DNA from: Candidatus Acidiferrales bacterium
GTDB lineage: Bacteria > Acidobacteriota > Terriglobia > Acidiferrales > UBA7541
Direction: 5' to 3'
Length of the DNA: 64,000 nucleotides
Assembly: GCA_035279445.1 (NCBI GenBank)
Contig: DATEHV010000008.1
Span: 6,525-70,524, forward strand
Part shown: piece after piece, positions 1 to 7,781 of the stretch
Layout of the letters: the number at the start of each line of letters is the position of its first letter
Numbering within the stretch: position 1 is the first letter of the stretch
The notes under the pieces: generated by a model
What the model was told of the DNA's origin: nothing
The model's input: only the letters and a program-made list of their open reading frames with translations
Databases searched by the model: none
Position numbers and translations under genes: made by a program

Positions 1-52
1 GGCCATCGCGGTCTCGCGAAACCAAATCCGCGACTTCCTTCCCATTAAGTAA
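1..52 (+). CDS. 3' end of an unidentified upstream CDS (partial, runs off the left edge)
   Basis: Frame 2 is open from the window edge to TAA at 50-52. Its third codon positions are G/C-rich like neighbouring genes. Only 16 codons, so no family assignment. Confidence 0.25.
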   Translation, partial: AIAVSRNQIRDFLPIK

Positions 53-112
53 TGCCCGACCCCCGAGCGGTGGAAAAATGCGCCGAGGCAGGCGTGCTAT
101 GATGAATCTAAG

Positions 113-1195
113 ATGCCTCTCCGCGCTTCGAATACGGTCATAAACCTGCTCGGAAAATCAGCGGAAGACCTCCGCGAATTCCTGCACAGTCTCGGCGAGC
201 CAGCCTATCGCGGCGCGCAGATTTACCATACGCTCTACGCAGAGCGACGCTTCGATTTCGCCGCGATGTCGAATTTACCTGCGGCGCTGCGCGAGCGGCT
301 GGCGCGCGAGGCCTCGATTGCGTTGCCGCGCGTGGTGCGCCGCTATCGCTCCTCCGACGGTACCGTGCGCTACGTCCTCGCCATTAGCGAAGCGAACGCC
401 GCGAACATCGAAACCGTCTTCATGCCGGAAGAAAACCGGCAGACGATCTGCATTTCGACGCAGGCGGGTTGTGCGGTGGATTGCCGATTCTGCCTCACCG
501 CCACGCTGGGCTTGGTGCGCAACCTGACCGCGGGCGAAATCGTCGGGCAGGTGCTTGTCGCGCTCGACGAAAACCGCGTGGCTCTCAAGCCGCAAACTAA
601 TATCGTCCTGATGGGACAGGGCGAGCCGCTGCTGAACTACGAGGCAGTGACGGCTGCGCTGCGAATCCTGCTCGACCCGAATGCAGTGGCGATTGCGCCG
701 AGGCATGCGGCGCTCTCGACCAGCGGCATCATCCCCGGCATCGAGCGGCTGGCGCGGGAAAAGCTGCGGCCGAACCTGGCGATATCGCTCAACGCGTCGT
801 CGAACGAGCAGCGCGACCAGATCATGCCCGTCAACCGAAAGTATCCGCTGGAAAAACTTCTGGAAGCGTGCCGGAAGTACCCGCTCAGGCCGCGGGAATG
901 GCTCCTGTTCGAGTACGTCCTCCTCGGCGGATTCAACGATTCGCCCGACGACGCGCTCCGCGTCGTAAAGCTGCTTGCGAATCTCCGCGCCAAGGTGAAT
1001 CTGATCCCGTGGAATCCTGGCGACCTGCCGCACAAAAGGCCGGATTCGCACCGCGTCGAGGAATTTCAGCGCATTCTCATTGAGAAAGGCGTGCCGTGTT
1101 TCGTGCGCGATTCGCGCGGGCAAGACGTGATGGCCGCCTGCGGCCAGCTCGCGCTGGCGGAAAGTGCGAGTTCTCAAGGGGCGGCAACAGCCTAA
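113..1195 (+). CDS. rlmN: 23S rRNA/tRNA adenine-C2 methyltransferase RlmN (radical SAM)
   Basis: 360-aa ORF with radical-SAM cluster motif CAVDCRFC. The MGQGEPL and C-terminal ...DVMAACGQL motifs are typical of the RlmN/Cfr family. Confidence 0.93.
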   Translation: MPLRASNTVINLLGKSAEDLREFLHSLGEPAYRGAQIYHTLYAERRFDFAAMSNLPAALRERLAREASIALPRVVRRYRSSDGTVRYVLAISEANAANIETVFMPEENRQTICISTQAGCAVDCRFCLTATLGLVRNLTAGEIVGQVLVALDENRVALKPQTNIVLMGQGEPLLNYEAVTAALRILLDPNAVAIAPRHAALSTSGIIPGIERLAREKLRPNLAISLNASSNEQRDQIMPVNRKYPLEKLLEACRKYPLRPREWLLFEYVLLGGFNDSPDDALRVVKLLANLRAKVNLIPWNPGDLPHKRPDSHRVEEFQRILIEKGVPCFVRDSRGQDVMAACGQLALAESASSQGAATA

Positions 1196-1265
1196 ACACC
1201 AATTTGTCGACCAGAGGAGGCGAAGTGTGGTCGCTGCGAAAGATCTTTGGCGGTAGTGCCAAAAA

Positions 1266-1601
1266 ATGACCAAAGCTCAGGCCGACCAGTTCATCCTCGA
1301 CCAGCTCAAAAGGCTCGGCGCCGGGATGAGCCAGCCGCGCGAAGTGATTCACTATCTGTATCTGCCGAGCGGCGAGGCCGCCCGCCAGGCCGCCGAAGCA
1401 TTGCAGTCGAAGGGATATCGGACTGAAGATAAGATGGCTGCAAACGCCAACATCAACCGTCAAAACCCGTATCTCGTGTTGGCTAAAAATCACATCGTGG
1501 CAAGCCCCCAGGCAGTCCAAGAGCTCCGCCGGCTGTTCGAGGAACTGGCGTCGTTTCACAACGGCGAATATGACGGATGGGAGGCGGCGGCCAAGCCCTG
1601 A
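1266..1601 (+). CDS. RraB-like (regulator of ribonuclease activity B family) small protein
   Basis: 111-aa ORF. The pattern REVIHYLYLPS...A..L...GY...ending in YDGWE resembles the RraB/DUF1260 fold family. Coding-like GC3. Confidence 0.6.
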   Translation: MTKAQADQFILDQLKRLGAGMSQPREVIHYLYLPSGEAARQAAEALQSKGYRTEDKMAANANINRQNPYLVLAKNHIVASPQAVQELRRLFEELASFHNGEYDGWEAAAKP

Positions 1602-1614
1602 CCCACGGGGCTGG

Positions 1615-2610
1615 TCAATCGTTGCGAATGCCGATTGCCGCCATCATGCGGCCGGTGGTGCGCTCGCGTCGATAGCTGAAAAAGAGTTCGGTACGGCACG
1701 CGGTGCAGAAACCGGACGACAGAATCTGCGCCTGCGGTACGCCCGCGCCGGCCAGGATGGCTCGATTCGCGGCGATGAGATCGAGATGAACTCGCAGCGG
1801 CGGGGGCTGGTGTCCGGGCGGCATCATCGTGAGCCAGGGAAGCCAGTTCGGATCGTTTTCGTCGGAGGCGAGCGCGTCGAATGGTCCGTCAAACCAATCG
1901 CGAGCCTTTGTGAACTGGGCGTGGAATTCCACCGCGACCTCGGGCCCGACTTCATAGCAGCAGCGGCCGATTCCGGGGCCGAGCGCGGCGATCACATCCT
2001 CCGGTCGCGTCCCGAACTCCATTTGCATCCGCCCCAGCGTTTTCTCGGCGATGCGGCCAAGCGTGCCGCGCCAGCCCGCATGCACTGCGGCGATGGCGCG
2101 CCGCTTCGTGTCCGCCAGAAGAATCGGAACGCAATCCGCGGTTTGCACGGCGAGCAGGACGCCGTGCTCGCGGGTAAAAAGCGCGTCGCCCTGGGAAGTA
2201 TTCTGAGCCTCGGCGGGCGAGGAACTCACGCGATGCACAACATCAGAGTGAATCTGCCGCAGCGTGACGCAGCGCATTTCGCCGGAGCCAAGAGCGCGAA
2301 AGAAACTTTTGCGGTTCTCACGTACGCACTCGCGCGAGTCCCAATCGGTGAATCCGAGGTTCAGCACCTGTTCGGGCGATTTGCCGCTGCCTTGCGTTTT
2401 CGCCGGAATGCTCGCGGCGAGCTCGCTTACGCCGCCGAAGCGCGTGCTGAACCCGTGGACCAGCCAGTCCAGCCGCGCAAGCGCCGTCGCTTCGAGGATC
2501 TGCAAGCGGCCGGCGTGGCGCAAGGTCCAAGCGGCGTGCTTGTTGGCCGGCACGCGCCCGGCCGCGCGCTTTTCCGGCGAGGCCGTTTTCTTCGCTAGGG
2601 TTGACGACAT
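1615..2610 (-). CDS. pgeF: Peptidoglycan editing factor PgeF / YfiH (DUF152, purine nucleoside phosphorylase-like)
   Basis: 331-aa ORF with the family triad context: QIHSDVV, TADCVPILL, HAGWRGT. It has a longer N-terminus than typical, so the start is uncertain. Confidence 0.85.
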   Translation of the reverse strand: MSSTLAKKTASPEKRAAGRVPANKHAAWTLRHAGRLQILEATALARLDWLVHGFSTRFGGVSELAASIPAKTQGSGKSPEQVLNLGFTDWDSRECVRENRKSFFRALGSGEMRCVTLRQIHSDVVHRVSSSPAEAQNTSQGDALFTREHGVLLAVQTADCVPILLADTKRRAIAAVHAGWRGTLGRIAEKTLGRMQMEFGTRPEDVIAALGPGIGRCCYEVGPEVAVEFHAQFTKARDWFDGPFDALASDENDPNWLPWLTMMPPGHQPPPLRVHLDLIAANRAILAGAGVPQAQILSSGFCTACRTELFFSYRRERTTGRMMAAIGIRND

Positions 2611-2699
2611 TCCTTACCTTCGCTTCCCGTGCTGTCGAGGCGCGTTTCGATTATATAATTGCCGCAACTCGCGCGCTTGCAGGGTGTTTTGGAGGCCGT

Positions 2700-3077
2700 T
2701 TGATCGTCGGACTCGGATTGGACATCGCCGAAATCGACCGGATCGAGGCGGCCGTCAAGCGCCACGGTGCGCCGTTCCTCGAGCGCCTTTTCACGCCCGC
2801 CGAAGTATCCTACTGCGAAAGCCACAAGAACAGATTCGAGCGCTATGCCGCCCGATTCGCTGCAAAAGAGGCGGCGATGAAGGCGCTCGGGACGGGCTGG
2901 AGCCGCGGCGTTCGATGGCGCGATATCGAAGTGGTGCGCGAGCCCGGTGGAAAGCCGACTCTGCGCCTCGAGGGCGCCGCGCGTGAAATCGCCGGCCGTT
3001 TGTGCGTGAAGAATATATCGCTATCCATCACGCATAGCGGCAACCTGGCCCTCGCCCAGGTCGTTTTCGAGAGCTAA
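2700..3077 (+). CDS. acpS: Holo-[acyl-carrier-protein] synthase AcpS
   Basis: Sequence (L)IVGLGLDIAEIDRIE...FTPAEVSYC...RFAAKEAAMKALG is classic AcpS. An in-frame TTG at 2700 is preceded by GGAGG at 2691-2695. The track ORF start at 2601 would overlap pgeF. Confidence 0.88.
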   Translation: MIVGLGLDIAEIDRIEAAVKRHGAPFLERLFTPAEVSYCESHKNRFERYAARFAAKEAAMKALGTGWSRGVRWRDIEVVREPGGKPTLRLEGAAREIAGRLCVKNISLSITHSGNLALAQVVFES

Positions 3078-4450
3078 CGGGCGCTGCGAGCGGGCGTCGC
3101 CGGATCCGCAAGGTCTTGCGCGTCCGCCGGAATGCGAATGTCGTGCCACTCGTTCACCGGATGGCGTCCGGGGATTCGCAGCTTCAGGTAATTTCCCGTC
3201 AGTGCTTCGGTCCAATCTTGCCCCCCACGGCCGAGCGTCAGCGCGCGCACGGCGCGCCCCGCCTGCGCCCTGCGGAACTCTTCGGACTTTCGCAGCCCGA
3301 GGGCCCGAAGACTCCGGGCCCGCTCGCGGATGGATTCCAGGCGAACGGCCCCGCCGAGATTCGCCGCTGCAGTTCCGGGGCGCGTCGAGAACGAAAACAC
3401 ATGCAGGTATGTGAACGGTTGTCGTTCGATGAATGCGAAGGTGGCGCGAAAATCTTCCTCCGTCTCGCCGGGAAAGCCCGCGATGACGTCCGCTCCGATC
3501 GCCGCGTCGGCCAGCGCGCGGCGGATGAGGCTCACGCGCTCGGCGTAGTGCTCGGAGCGGTACCAGCGGTGCATGGCGCGCAGGATTCGGTCGGAGCCCG
3601 ATTGCAGCGGCGCGTGAAAATGCGGCGCCAAGCGATCGGACGAGGCCACGAGCGCCACGAAATCTTCGGTGATGTCCTGCGGCTCGATTGAGCTGAAGCG
3701 AAGCTGCTCGAGTTCGGTCTCGTCGAGGATTCGCTGAACGACGCCGGCGAGTCCGGCGCGCGGGACGAGGTCGCGGCCATAGCTTCCGAGATTGATCCCG
3801 CTCAGGACGATTTCCCTCGCGCCCGCATCCACGAGCGTCCACACTTCGCGGATTACATCATCTGGAGGCAGGCTGCGGCTGCGCCCGCGCACGAAGGGAA
3901 TCACGCAGTAGGAGCAGCGATTGTTGCAGCCGTCCTGTATTTTCAGGATGGGCCGTGTGCGGTCGCCCGCCATCAGCGTCGCGGGCGCGATCTGTACTGC
4001 GGTTTGCGCGAAGATGTCGCCGGTCAGGATTCTCGCCGGGCCTCGTGCGAGCGACATCGCCGCGCCTTCGAGTTGCGCCAGCGGGAAGAAGTCGGCGCGC
4101 GCCGGCTGCGCCACAACCCCTTGAAGGATGTCGGGTATTTCCGCCTGGTGCGAATTCCCCACCACCCAGGCGACACCCTCCATCGCCGCAAGTTCCTCGG
4201 GCGCGCGCTGCGCGTAGCAGCCGGTGACAACGACGCACGCGCCGGGATTCGCGCGGTGAATTTTTCGTATGGCGTCGCGCGCCTGAGAATCCGCGGCAGC
4301 CGTCACGGTGCACGTGTTCAGCACGACGACGTCCGCGGACGCGTGACCCGCGGAGGGCGTCAGGCCCTTTTCGAGCAACGCGCTGCGAAGCGCGGCGGCG
4401 TCGGCCTCCGTAGCGCGGCAGCCAAAGTTCTCAATGGAAAATGTCGCCAT
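3074..4450 (-). CDS. mtaB: MiaB-like radical-SAM tRNA methylthiotransferase (MtaB type)
   Basis: 458 aa. N-terminal UPF0004 domain (FSIENFGCRATEAD), radical-SAM CNNRCSYCVIP, and a C-terminal TRAM-like region. The stop overlaps the acpS stop (convergent). Confidence 0.85.
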   Translation of the reverse strand: MATFSIENFGCRATEADAAALRSALLEKGLTPSAGHASADVVVLNTCTVTAAADSQARDAIRKIHRANPGACVVVTGCYAQRAPEELAAMEGVAWVVGNSHQAEIPDILQGVVAQPARADFFPLAQLEGAAMSLARGPARILTGDIFAQTAVQIAPATLMAGDRTRPILKIQDGCNNRCSYCVIPFVRGRSRSLPPDDVIREVWTLVDAGAREIVLSGINLGSYGRDLVPRAGLAGVVQRILDETELEQLRFSSIEPQDITEDFVALVASSDRLAPHFHAPLQSGSDRILRAMHRWYRSEHYAERVSLIRRALADAAIGADVIAGFPGETEEDFRATFAFIERQPFTYLHVFSFSTRPGTAAANLGGAVRLESIRERARSLRALGLRKSEEFRRAQAGRAVRALTLGRGGQDWTEALTGNYLKLRIPGRHPVNEWHDIRIPADAQDLADPATPARSAR

Positions 4451-4555
4451 GCGGTCGGGTGCGTTTCTGAAAACTTGAGGCAGGGATTATAGCAGCGAAT
4501 CGAGGCGGCTTCAGGACGTTACGCTGGGGTCGCGGTCGCTGCCGCGGACGGGGAG

Positions 4556-5233
4556 CTACTCTCCGGAGCCGCGCCGCTGGTAGCAGAGGAGAATCAAGTC
4601 CGCGCGGCGTCGCACGCCGAACTTTGCGAGAAGATTGGAAACGTGAAATTTTACGGTCCGCTCGGAAATATGCAGCCGGTCCGCCACTTCCTTGTTGGCC
4701 AGATTTTCCAGCAAGCCGCTGAGCACCTCTTGCTCCCGCCGGCTGAGTTCGTTCGGAGAATCCACGCGGAGGCGGCGTCCCTGCGTGCTGCTCAGGATGG
4801 AGTCCACAAAGCGGGACAAAACCGGGCGCGGAACCCAGATACCCCCGTTGGCCACCTGCGGCAGTGCGCGAGGGAGTTGTTGGCGGGCCTCGGCGTAGGT
4901 CAGGATACCTTTGGCGCCCTGGCGCAGCAGGGCGTAACTATCGGCCTCCTTGAGTTTGTCGCCAACGACCAGCAGCCGGGCGTTTGAGTAGCGTTCGAGA
5001 ATGTTTCCCAGCAGGGCTCCCGTGGCCTGGCGCGCCGCGTGAGCGTCGACGACATACACCGTCGCTTTCGGCACGTCGAGATTCCGCAAGTCCGGCGCCA
5101 ACATCGAATCGAGCTGTTTGCACGTAATCTGGAAGCCGGAATCTTCCAGCAAGCGATGGAATTCGTCCAAAACCATCGGATGCGGCGAAAGCAGGCAGAC
5201 CTTTAAATTAGACTTACCGTTCGACTTGGCCAT
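4556..5233 (-). CDS. LuxR-family transcriptional regulator with degenerate receiver-like N-domain
   Basis: C-terminal LuxR HTH (LSRREQEVLSGLLENLANKEVADRLHISERTVKFHVSNLLAKFGV). The N-terminal CheY-like fold lacks the acidic DD pair (LLSPHP instead) and the conserved Lys. Confidence 0.85.
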   Translation of the reverse strand: MAKSNGKSNLKVCLLSPHPMVLDEFHRLLEDSGFQITCKQLDSMLAPDLRNLDVPKATVYVVDAHAARQATGALLGNILERYSNARLLVVGDKLKEADSYALLRQGAKGILTYAEARQQLPRALPQVANGGIWVPRPVLSRFVDSILSSTQGRRLRVDSPNELSRREQEVLSGLLENLANKEVADRLHISERTVKFHVSNLLAKFGVRRRADLILLCYQRRGSGE

Positions 5234-5441
5234 TCTGAATTCAGGCTAGCCGAATTGATGGGCATGGGCAAGGAAGACGGAGCAGGCGATTTCATACCAG
5301 ACACGGGCATAAACGGCGTCAGGGGCGCCCAGAAGCCTGGCCTGAAAATTGGCGTGAGAGATTAGCGCGCGGCGTCGCGCACCGAGATACGCCGCCGCTG
5401 ATCCATGCTGAAACTGGCGAAACGCGAGGTTGCGGCAGAGA

Positions 5442-6518
5442 TCAGTCAGCCTGCGCCGGCGATTCGGTTGAAAGCTCGCCTTCCGCAACCGGCTTTCGTC
5501 TTGGGCGCTTCGCAGGCAGGCCCGCCTGACGGACCTTGTAAAGCAGTGCGCGATAGCTGATTTTCAGCACCTCGGCGGCCTTGCGACGGTTCCAGTGATT
5601 GGCCTGGAGCACCCTCAGGATTACGTCGCGCTCCGTCCGTCGTGTTACTTGCTGGGCGATGCGTTTGAGAGGAATGTTTCCGTCCGGCGTCGTCTCGTAC
5701 GTCAAATGGAAGGGCGCCTTTTCGGCGCGCTCGGCGTAGAACGCCTCCTCAGAACCCAGCACCACGTATCGCGCCATGCAGTTTTCCAGTTCGCGCACGT
5801 TGCCGGGCCAATCCCGTTGCTGCAGCAAATGGAGAGTCTCCCTCGAAACTGGGCTTGCCGCGCGTTGAAACCTCCGGTTGAATTGCTGGCCAAGGTATTC
5901 CACCAGATACGGAATGTCTTCGCGACGTTCTCGAAGCGACGGGAGAGTAATGGTGATCACGTTGATGCGATAGTAGAGGTCCGAGCGGAAGACTCCGTTA
6001 TCGATTTCGCGCTGGAGTTGCCGGTTCGTCGCGCAGATCACGCGCGCGTCCATGCGCCTTTCTTCATGGTCGCCGATGCGCGTGAAATGACCGTCCTGGA
6101 GCACGTGGAGCAGTTTCGCCTGCAGGTTCGCGTCGAGCTCGGCAATCTCATCCAGGAACAGCGTGCCGCCTTGGGCCAGCTCCATGCGGCCGGGTTTCGC
6201 GGCGTGGGCGCCCGTGAAAGCGCCCTTCTCAAAACCGAAGAGCTCGCTTTCGAGCAGTGTCCCCGGAATCGCCGGGCAGTTCACCTTCACGAATGGCCCC
6301 TCGCGCCATGGGGAACGGCTGTGAATGTAGCGCGCCAGGACTTCTTTTCCAGTTCCGCTTTCGCCGAGAATCAGGATGGGAACGTTCAATCCGGCCGCTC
6401 GCTCGACCTTGTGCCGCACGGTTCGCATTGCTGCGGAGGGGCCGAAAAAGATGTGCTCGGGCGGGAGCTCGTACGACTGTGACGCTATCTCGGGTTTCAG
6501 TGGGGCCGCGGAAGACAT
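5442..6518 (-). CDS. Sigma-54-dependent transcriptional activator (bacterial enhancer-binding protein) without receiver domain
   Basis: AAA+ sigma-54 interaction domain with Walker A GESGTGKE, a GAFTGA loop, DEIAEL Walker B and WPGNVRELEN, plus a C-terminal Fis-type HTH. Only ~30 aa precede the AAA+ core. Confidence 0.9.
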   Translation of the reverse strand: MSSAAPLKPEIASQSYELPPEHIFFGPSAAMRTVRHKVERAAGLNVPILILGESGTGKEVLARYIHSRSPWREGPFVKVNCPAIPGTLLESELFGFEKGAFTGAHAAKPGRMELAQGGTLFLDEIAELDANLQAKLLHVLQDGHFTRIGDHEERRMDARVICATNRQLQREIDNGVFRSDLYYRINVITITLPSLRERREDIPYLVEYLGQQFNRRFQRAASPVSRETLHLLQQRDWPGNVRELENCMARYVVLGSEEAFYAERAEKAPFHLTYETTPDGNIPLKRIAQQVTRRTERDVILRVLQANHWNRRKAAEVLKISYRALLYKVRQAGLPAKRPRRKPVAEGELSTESPAQAD

Positions 6519-6904
6519 TGAGATTATGGGTCAGGAACCGGCGCTGACAATTCTCCCCTCGATGGTATTGCACTCAGGACGCCAAACGCGCTTCTGTCCA
6601 CGCATGTATCGGCCCGGCTGTGGATTGCCCGGATTACTTGTAAGCCACTCATTGCATTAGGCTTGTCCAAAGTACGAGGACCACGACAGCCCACCCCGCA
6701 TGCCGAGCCCCCCACGCAAATCCAGTCAAGGCTCTGAAAACCCTTGGAACATAAGGGAAGGGGTGTTCCTAACGAGGGTCGAGGCGCGTTCCGGAGGGTA
6801 CCAAGCGCTCGGGCAGGCAATTACGAACGATCAGGGGATTCCGAGTTCGCGCTGTGCGGTACTGGAAGAGGCCTAAACTTCGCAGAATTCCCGCGCACTC
6901 GATT

Positions 6905-7243
6905 CTAGATGCGCGACCCTTCACCGCGAATGATGTCGTAGCGCTCGATCACCGCCGCGACGCCGATCGTTTCGTGATCATCGTCAGAGCGCTTGTCCAC
7001 GCGCACCACGCGACCATGTGCGCGAACGAAGACCTCTGCGCCGCGCGTGATTTCCGCCGGCAATGTCAGCGTGAAATCGACTTCGCTGCCGGGAATGAGA
7101 TCCTTCTCCACCGTGAAGTAAACTCCGCGCGTGGAAATGTCCCGCGTCTGGCCGGCGTGCAACTTGGGCTCTCGGTTGATGGGCATGCGGATATTCACCG
7201 GCAGGGACAGATCGTACCGGCGGGCCATACGGCGTTCGGTCAT
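6905..7243 (-). CDS. Stand-alone PilZ domain protein (c-di-GMP receptor type)
   Basis: 112 aa with an RRMARR (RxxxR) motif at the N-terminus and DISTRGV (DxSxxG). GGAG RBS upstream. Confidence 0.8.
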   Translation of the reverse strand: MTERRMARRYDLSLPVNIRMPINREPKLHAGQTRDISTRGVYFTVEKDLIPGSEVDFTLTLPAEITRGAEVFVRAHGRVVRVDKRSDDDHETIGVAAVIERYDIIRGEGSRI

Positions 7244-7300
7244 TCCTGCTGCTCCTTCAGTACTGGGTTGAAGTTCACAGCATCCCCCGCATACAGAATC

Positions 7301-7316
7301 AGCAATCTCTCTTCCA
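7301..7316 (-). promoter_or_regulatory. Candidate sigma-54 (-24/-12) promoter for the PilZ gene
   Basis: The minus strand reads TGGAAG-agaga-TTGCT. GG and GC have the canonical spacing (consensus TGGCAC-N5-TTGCW). The site lies ~58 nt upstream of the ATG at 7243, and two sigma-54 activators are encoded next door. Confidence 0.35.
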
Positions 7317-7781
7317 AACGCGACATCGCGTTCGGTTCTTGCCCCGCAGCTGCAGCGTTTGGCGGGCTCCCGCGCCTTTGCTCAAGGAAGGAGCACGCGC
7401 GGTGAGCAACCCCTTTGTAAACAACAGAGCTTTGTTTCTATCTCGGGTGGACGGCGATCACCACTCGGTTCACACGCGAAAGAGTTCCGCATGCGGCCTG
7501 TTTCGGACCGGAATACTAGACCATGGCAAAGGCAAATGGATAGTGCTATTTCGCGGCTTGTGCTCTAGATATGCAACTGTTTTCAGGGGTATAGGACTAC
7601 GCGCCGATCCACAACCCAGCCGCTATTTCTTGCGGAGTGCGCCGAGCCGCGCACGAAAGATTGTGACCTGCGGCGATATCGACAAAGTTAGAACCGGTTC
7701 GGTAGATCGGAACCGTTCCCCGAAGACTGGGACGCGCACTCGTGCTTCCGGCGCGCGCTGTTCACACCATCGCAGACAGTT

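Noticed and set aside
275-1273. Long antisense or out-of-frame ORFs throughout the track. Examples: 275-1273(-), 1570-2598(+), 3021-3842(-), 9399-10766(+), 15166-15948(+), 20178-21074(-), 21063-22358(+), 24624-25853(+), 25868-27091(-), 28827-29762(-), 36921-38267(+), 40213-42036(-), 52477-53952(-), 59959-61173(+).
   Set aside because: They lie opposite or out of frame to ORFs with clear family motifs. Their Arg/Ala/Gly/Pro-rich composition is typical of high-GC shadow frames, and they carry no recognisable motifs.
2601-2699. N-terminal 33-codon extension of acpS (TTG at 2601).
   Set aside because: It would overlap the pgeF start region. AcpS homologues begin at the (M)IVGxGxD motif, and an in-frame TTG with a GGAGG RBS is present at 2700.
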